A DNA stretch of 64,000 bases, from positions 2,728,001-2,792,000 of the forward strand of contig CM120643.1 in NCBI GenBank assembly GCA_051362555.1, given 5' to 3'. Below are positions 61,862-64,000 of the stretch, in pieces. The first letter of the stretch is position 1, and each line of letters begins with the position of its first letter. The position numbers and the translations under genes were made by a program. The notes under the pieces were generated by a model that ran no database searches, had not been told where the DNA came from, and saw only the letters and a list, made by a program, of their open reading frames with translations. The stretch is from Lingula anatina (taxonomy: Eukaryota > Animalia > Brachiopoda).

Positions 61862-64000
61862 ATGGAAAAGGCAGCAAGATTAGCTTGTATTGCCATGACT
61901 GGCATACTTGTTCTAAAGTGCAGTGAGGCACGTAAGTAGCATTGGTATTTGAACCGAGAGAGTTGTCTTTGAGCTGTCTCTATTCATTTATCCAGACTAG
62001 GAAAATCGTTTATACATTGTTGGATATGAGGCACAACCAAATTAAAAGGAAACATTATGATTATCATTATAATCTAAACAATTAGTGTTTGTATAATGCC
62101 AGTTAACTACATGTGCAAATGACCTTTATCATTCTTCCAAGAATTATTTCTTTCAAAAAACACTGAACGGGTTGTCAAAAATACGCGCACAAGGTGAACC
62201 GTTGTTTAAAATCTTATACTTGTACTAGGCTCCACTTGTATTCATTATGAGACCCCAGACTAGGAAAATCGGTTGGTCAAAGCTTAGATGTCTGGCACGC
62301 CTACTGAAGCTGTTAGGGGGTAATTAACTATCGTTTAAGATCTTAAAAGTTGGCTTTATCGTGACACCTTTTTCCTTATATCCACATGTACTAAGTATTA
62401 TTATTTCCCTTCATGACAGTGTTATGTCGTCATCCCCTGTATTTCACCGGTTACAACTGCCTTCGGAAACAGACCGACTTCAACCCCCAGACATGCTACA
62501 TTTCCCCGGCAAACCCGCCTGAGAGCCAGAAACCCACGTGCCAAAATGGCGGCAACAACTTCTGGTACATCCACGTGGGTGGTAAGCGCACAGACTGGGT
62601 GCAGGGAACGGACGCCATGTGCTTGTCTATCTCGTCTTTCCCTGCACCGTGGGGTACGAAGGAGTGCCAGTTCAGCTGGACCGAGGAAGGATGCAAGCAG
62701 CTGTTGCATTGGGCAGGCTGCATCCCATGGACAAGTAAGAAAATCTAACCAAACTAAAGAACTTTTATGTATTTTTAGTCCACGTGGTTTCAGTATTTTT
62801 TAAAACAGTGTTAGGTTGTCACATCAGGCTGTTTCCAAAATTGTAACCTCCACCTCCATTTATTTTGAGATAGGGATTGGTCGGTGCTTACTGTAAACAA
62901 GATAAAACATTCGAGATATTTATGGGCCAATTTACAATCATCCATATGTATAAAAGACTTCTGGAATATTAAGATATCTCTTTATTGTTTTATTGGGTGT
63001 AGCCATTGACATCACTAGTGCCTCTATAGTACTTTCCCGACATTAAATCAACTATTTCTCGATATAATAACAGAAATTATTTTCTCTAAGGGACAGTTCA
63101 CATGGAAAGTCTATTTTCTAAAAATCTATTTTCTATTCGCGGTATCTTGTGATCACGGTCTGTGCCCTGAATATCCCGCGGCGTAATTACTGGCAGCGCG
63201 AGCCAGTTACTTCCGTGATCACAAGATACCACGAATAGAAAATAGATTTTTAGAAAATAGACTTTCCATGTGAACAGTCTCTAAGATTTCTTTCTTGTTA
63301 TCACTTCAGGTCCCACGTGCTTCGACTGCAACAGTGCCTGGGACGTGTGTGACCGGCGGGGTGTGACTGACCCTTCTCTTGTCGCCAAGACTCGCTGCCC
63401 TGGCACCGGCGCCTGCTTCACGAGGAGGGACAAAAACGGAAGTAGGTTGTGCATGTGCATAAACTTTTCAATAACCTCTGGAATAAGCTTCAACTCTTTA
63501 TAGATGAAAAACCTGGCATCTGTTTGAATCTCAACGATGGAACGATGGAAAGCATTTTTTTTTTCATTTTTCATTAAATTGTCAAGCATGGGAAACACTA
63601 CATTTTTAAGTACCTAAAAAGCGTTCATATTCTCTTGGGTCACATCAAATTTATGTATAATGTTGAAAAAGAGATCGGTTGTTCAGTTTTGGAAAAACGT
63701 TATTCTCTAAAGACAAATGTGTGAAAATATTGCGAAAAATGTGTCACCCGGGTAGAGGGTAGGTATTCACTGCTTGATAAAAGAATTGCAACAAAACACG
63801 CACTCTGATAAAGGTTTTAGTACACCCTTTTATCTTTTGAACTCTGAATGTATGTTTGTATAAATATATCGTGTTAAACTCACTTTTCAGTGGTATACAG
63901 AGGCTGTGCCGATGGCTGGGACTATCTTGCTGACGTCACAACAGCTATGGGCCCCGGGGATACCACCTGCCTTAATGGCGGCGGCTACGGCAGCTTCGTA
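61862..64000 (+). CDS. Secreted cysteine-rich protein with Ly6/uPAR (three-finger)-like second module; 3' incomplete
   Basis: Exons 61862-61931 (MEKAARLACIAMTGILVLKCSEA signal peptide), 62420-62734, 63310-63441, 63891->64000, all joined by phase-1 GT-AG introns in one open frame; module 2 reads PTCFDCNSAWDVC...TRCPGTGACFTRRDKNGMVYRGCADG. Confidence 0.78.
63090..63281. mobile_element. Hairpin MITE with 69-bp TIRs and TAA TSD (PIF/Harbinger-like)
   Basis: Arms 63090-63158 and 63213-63281 are near-perfect reverse complements; TAA on both sides. Confidence 0.9.

Overview
AT-rich animal (invertebrate, probably lophotrochozoan/mollusc-like; inferred) genomic DNA with GT-AG spliceosomal introns, so most entries in the ORF track are exon fragments or microsatellite artefacts. 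By reading splice sites I reconstructed nine genes: PRMT5 (minus, 5' 12 exons, continues off the left edge) head-to-head with C5orf22/UPF0489; four 3-exon SLC10 (Na+/bile-acid symporter family) paralogs with long N-terminal ectodomains; a divergently transcribed pair of 10-exon SLC15/POT-family transporters; and the 5' part of a secreted cysteine-rich gene with a Ly6/uPAR-like module (runs off the right edge). Non-coding DNA is dense with non-autonomous DNA transposons (PIF/Harbinger-type MITE families A and B with TWA target duplications, CAGG-ended MITEs with 5-6 bp TSDs, Tc1/mariner-type elements), often nested. Top observations: (1) the SLC10 B/C tandem duplication is bounded by three MITE copies, the middle one a hybrid, the signature of MITE-mediated unequal crossing-over; (2) both SLC15 paralogs have lost the ExxER proton-coupling motif and the TM4 lysine while keeping the TM10 glutamate; (3) the palindrome TACATGTA is strongly enriched and in one paralog comparison looks like a Tc1/mariner excision footprint; (4) an unassigned secreted Cys-rich protein largely missed by the ORF track.
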